Positions 63,925-64,000 of a stretch of DNA of 64,000 nt are shown here, in pieces. Made by a program: the position numbers and the translations under genes. This DNA comes from Bacteroidales bacterium (GTDB lineage: Bacteria > Bacteroidota > Bacteroidia > Bacteroidales > UBA7960), in the NCBI GenBank assembly GCA_003557385.1, contig PWON01000196.1, positions 3,457 through 67,456 of the forward strand, in the 5' to 3' direction. The notes beneath the pieces are model-generated. The model had not been told where the DNA came from, did no database searches, and was given only the letters and a program-made list of their open reading frames with translations. Numbering within the stretch: position 1 is the stretch's first letter; each line of letters begins with the position of its first letter.

Positions 63925-64000
63925 ATGAAAGCATTGGTAAGTATTATCATGGGCAGCACCTCGGATATGCCCGTGATGGAACAGGCCGCAAAGTTTTTGG
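63925..64000 (+). CDS. purE: N5-CAIR mutase (5' end only)
   Basis: MKALVSIIMGSTSDMPVMEQAAKFL; TATTTTTG at 63860-63867. Confidence 0.88.
   Translation, partial: MKALVSIIMGSTSDMPVMEQAAKFL

Overview
This is a core-chromosome window from a Bacteroidota bacterium, probably Bacteroidales-like, judged from TAnnTTTG promoters, Bacteroidota-type ArgS/FtsZ/GldB and the rpsU-xerC-hpf synteny. The left part (minus strand) holds rpsU-xerC-hpf, four tRNAs, tuf, tRNA-Trp, secE, nusG, rplKAJL, rpoB and a partial rpoC. The middle holds DPP-IV, tricorn protease, peroxiredoxin, a histidine kinase, GH3, kdsB, an HU-SPOR protein, a TrmB-ATL ORF, nadE, a gldB-like gene, yihA and glycine-lipid-type acyltransferases. 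The right part holds the dcw cluster (mraZ to ftsZ), ispE, an S9 peptidase, an AbgT transporter, argS, M-box-controlled mgtE, an M28 peptidase, a cytochrome c peroxidase and a partial purE. I see no prophage, IS, CRISPR or defence island, and I cannot support a new multi-gene system. The strongest anomalies are: (1) the murD slot encodes only a 182-aa C-terminal fragment; (2) two degenerate 7-mer TAnnTAG arrays straddle stop codons 10 kb apart; (3) TrmB is fused in frame to an ATL domain; (4) a complete M-box riboswitch, terminator and 11-nt Shine-Dalgarno precede mgtE; (5) SD-like motifs precede hpf and rpsU; (6) two G>T-type changes (a stop in a pseudouridine synthase, EF-Tu Q97K) may be sequence errors. 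All family assignments come from motif recognition by eye; no database searches were run.
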